From contig CM120647.1 in NCBI GenBank assembly GCA_051362555.1, forward strand, positions 16,530,651 through 16,594,650: a stretch of DNA of 64,000 bases. Direction: 5' to 3'. The notes beneath the pieces were generated by a model that worked only from the letters and a program-made list of their open reading frames with translations, did not search any database and was not told the DNA's origin. Both the position numbers and the translations under genes were made by a program. Positions 62,401-64,000 of the stretch are shown one piece after another (position 1 is the first letter of the stretch; every line of letters begins with the position of its first letter). The DNA comes from Lingula anatina (taxonomy: Eukaryota; Animalia; Brachiopoda).

Positions 62401-64000
62401 CATAATTAGAGTGTGTCCACTAAAAAAATTAGATAATCAGCCAGTCTGAGGAAGCATTTAGGCTGTAAACACAATTTAAAAGGATTTCTGTTTTTTAACT
62501 TGCAGTGTCTATCTGTACATGATTTGAAGGCATCGCCTTTTCAACCTAAGGCCCACTTCTGTGGATGTGAATTGTTAGAAATTGCATATTTTGTATTGTT
62601 ACAACTAAGTGTCACACAAACTTCATGCAGCATTCATTTCATTCACTGAAAAATTCATTGTTGCACTCTGTTGTTTTAGGAGGAGAATGCAGAGTATTGT
62701 AATCGACACCCAGAGTTCCAGCCTAAGGAAATCAAGTTCTTCATCACAAAAGATGAACAAAGGGTGAAGGACAGACAGGATGGGAAACCAGAAAAGCCAC
62801 CTCCGTAAGTGTTTTTAAGAAAATGATTGTATTGTTATGCTACTCTCTGCTTGCCATTCTTCTGAGTATTTTTGGTAAGCATTAGTTATAGTCATTCTTG
62901 TATAGTGTATCTTATTATGGACTTATAGTCATTGTTGTTATTTGCATTTTATGATGGCGTTGTAATTATTCTTGCATTCTGTATTTTATGATGGAGTTGC
63001 AGTCATTCTTGCATTCAGTATTTTAATGGAGTTGTCATTCTTGCATTCTGAATTATATAATGGAATAGTAGCCATTCTTGTATTCTGTTTTTCATAATGT
63101 AGTAGTAGTGGTAGTCATTCTTGTATACTGTATTTTACTATGGTCTTGTATTCATTTTGTAAACTGTATTTTATCATAGTAATGGCTACTCCCTGTACAC
63201 TGCTGAGACATTGAACATGCTGAGTGACTCGGACATTCCCAACATTCTCAAGATGGCCGAAGTGGCAAGAATGTGGAAAAATCTCTCGGAAGCAGAACGC
63301 CAGGGCTATGGCAAGAAGGCACAGGAGGTGAAGTTTTGAATTGTTGTTTATTGAAAGTTTTCATTTAAGGAACAAATTTTAAGACTGCCATTGGTGCAAC
63401 TTACTTTGTGGGAGATAGGAGTGGGGTGTAGGTACACTTACTATGTGAAGTTACATCAATTTGCAAAATGAATTTTAGATACAAAATGACTTTCATTTGT
63501 TATAGGCTTTGGGGAATAAAAGTTTGCTCAAATAATAATAATAAAAATATATTCTGAACCCTTTGGCTTATAAACTGTACTGCTGCTGTGTTACAGGGAA
63601 TGCAAGAGTACAGGTTGAAGTATGAAGCATACAAGGAAGGGCTGCCAGAGGAAGAAAGGCTGAAACTAGAGGAAGAAGAGAGACAGGGGGGAAAGAAAAA
63701 GAAAAAGTCCACCAGTCAAGTATGTTATTAAACAGTACACATTGCCTGATAGTAAAGATTATATTTTAGTATAAGAAAAAATTTGACATACATATATCTC
63801 ATTTGAGATTATATCAAGCACTCTGTAACTGATTAACACCAGGTGACTTTACATGTGACATGTAACACGTTAATTATGGATTTGGGGAGGAGGGGTCCTT
63901 AATGATTTGAAGGAGATAAAAAAGAAAAAAAGTATCATAAGAATTTATTTGCTATACATATTAATTATTTCTTTTTCAGGCTCACTCCCCAATGCCTCAG
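53423..64000 (+). CDS. UBTF: Upstream binding factor (nucleolar transcription factor 1), 5' part; runs off the window
   Basis: Phase-consistent exons 53423-53564, 55039-55233, 55675-55853, 56205-56291, 56767-56925, 57313-57377, 57694-57853, 58293-58403, 62680-62804, 63180-63327, 63597-63719, 63980->64000. UBF N-terminal domain (WTEEQMNMLI...CKAKWTEIMTKIRKFRTLTDLVGDA), HMG box 1 (HPDMPKKPLGPFFRF), box 2, box 3 (DGKPEKPPPNGYSLY). First two exons less certain. Confidence 0.92.
54702..54940. mobile_element. Decayed Harbinger-like MITE related to 25141-25350
   Basis: GGGTTGCATTCCCAAT...ATCGATCCAACTCTGTGGAGACTC...GGGGAGTTGGATTGATCT...GTTGGGAAT. Confidence 0.55.
58547..59340 (+). repeat. 161-bp satellite-like tandem repeat (4 near-identical units plus a diverged fifth; sixth at 60110)
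   Basis: ACCGATAACACGATAAGTGG starts at 58547, 58708, 58869, 59030; diverged start at 59191. Confidence 0.95.
62054..62210. mobile_element. CAGGGGCGGAT-family MITE nested in the Helentron-like element
   Basis: Aligns to 27365-27531 (GGAAGAC.GTCAGATTTT, GAGGATGGATCAACAAAGATA, CTGTCAGAAAATA). Confidence 0.8.
62885..63178 (+). repeat. Degenerate ~35-bp minisatellite running up to a UBTF splice acceptor
   Basis: AGTCATTCTTG.ATTCTGTATTTTATGATGG recurs about eight times. Confidence 0.75.

Overview
Eukaryotic (animal, almost certainly invertebrate; the repeat content suggests a mollusc or other lophotrochozoan, which is inference only) genomic DNA. Most ORFs in the supplied track are spurious; the real genes are intron-rich and were reconstructed by hand from GT/AG sites and phase. 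Left to right: (1) the end of a homogenised ~1.42-kb tandem array (1-3745), each unit carrying two Pol III-type (A-box/B-box/T-run) tRNA-related units, one vault-RNA-like, followed by a diverged edge copy; (2) a CpG-rich region with many MITEs and a single-domain beta-thymosin gene (probable non-coding exon 1 at 10334-10411, CDS 22012-22478); (3) an ARHGAP18/28/40-like RhoGAP on the minus strand (16 coding exons, ~661 aa); (4) head-to-head with it, a four-finger matrin/U1-type zinc-finger gene (ZNF385/ZNF346-like, ~334 aa); (5) the 5' part of a UBTF/UBF orthologue with a ~3.9-kb Helentron-like element in an intron. Most notable: the Pol III ncRNA array, recurrent duplicated exon/intron boundaries ('splice-site echoes') in all three multi-exon genes, a 28-29-bp TIR-only micro-element with target-site duplication, conservation of the 111-nt UBF1/UBF2 cassette exon, and CpG decay of MITE copies inside gene bodies. 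No new protein-coding system is demonstrable from sequence alone.
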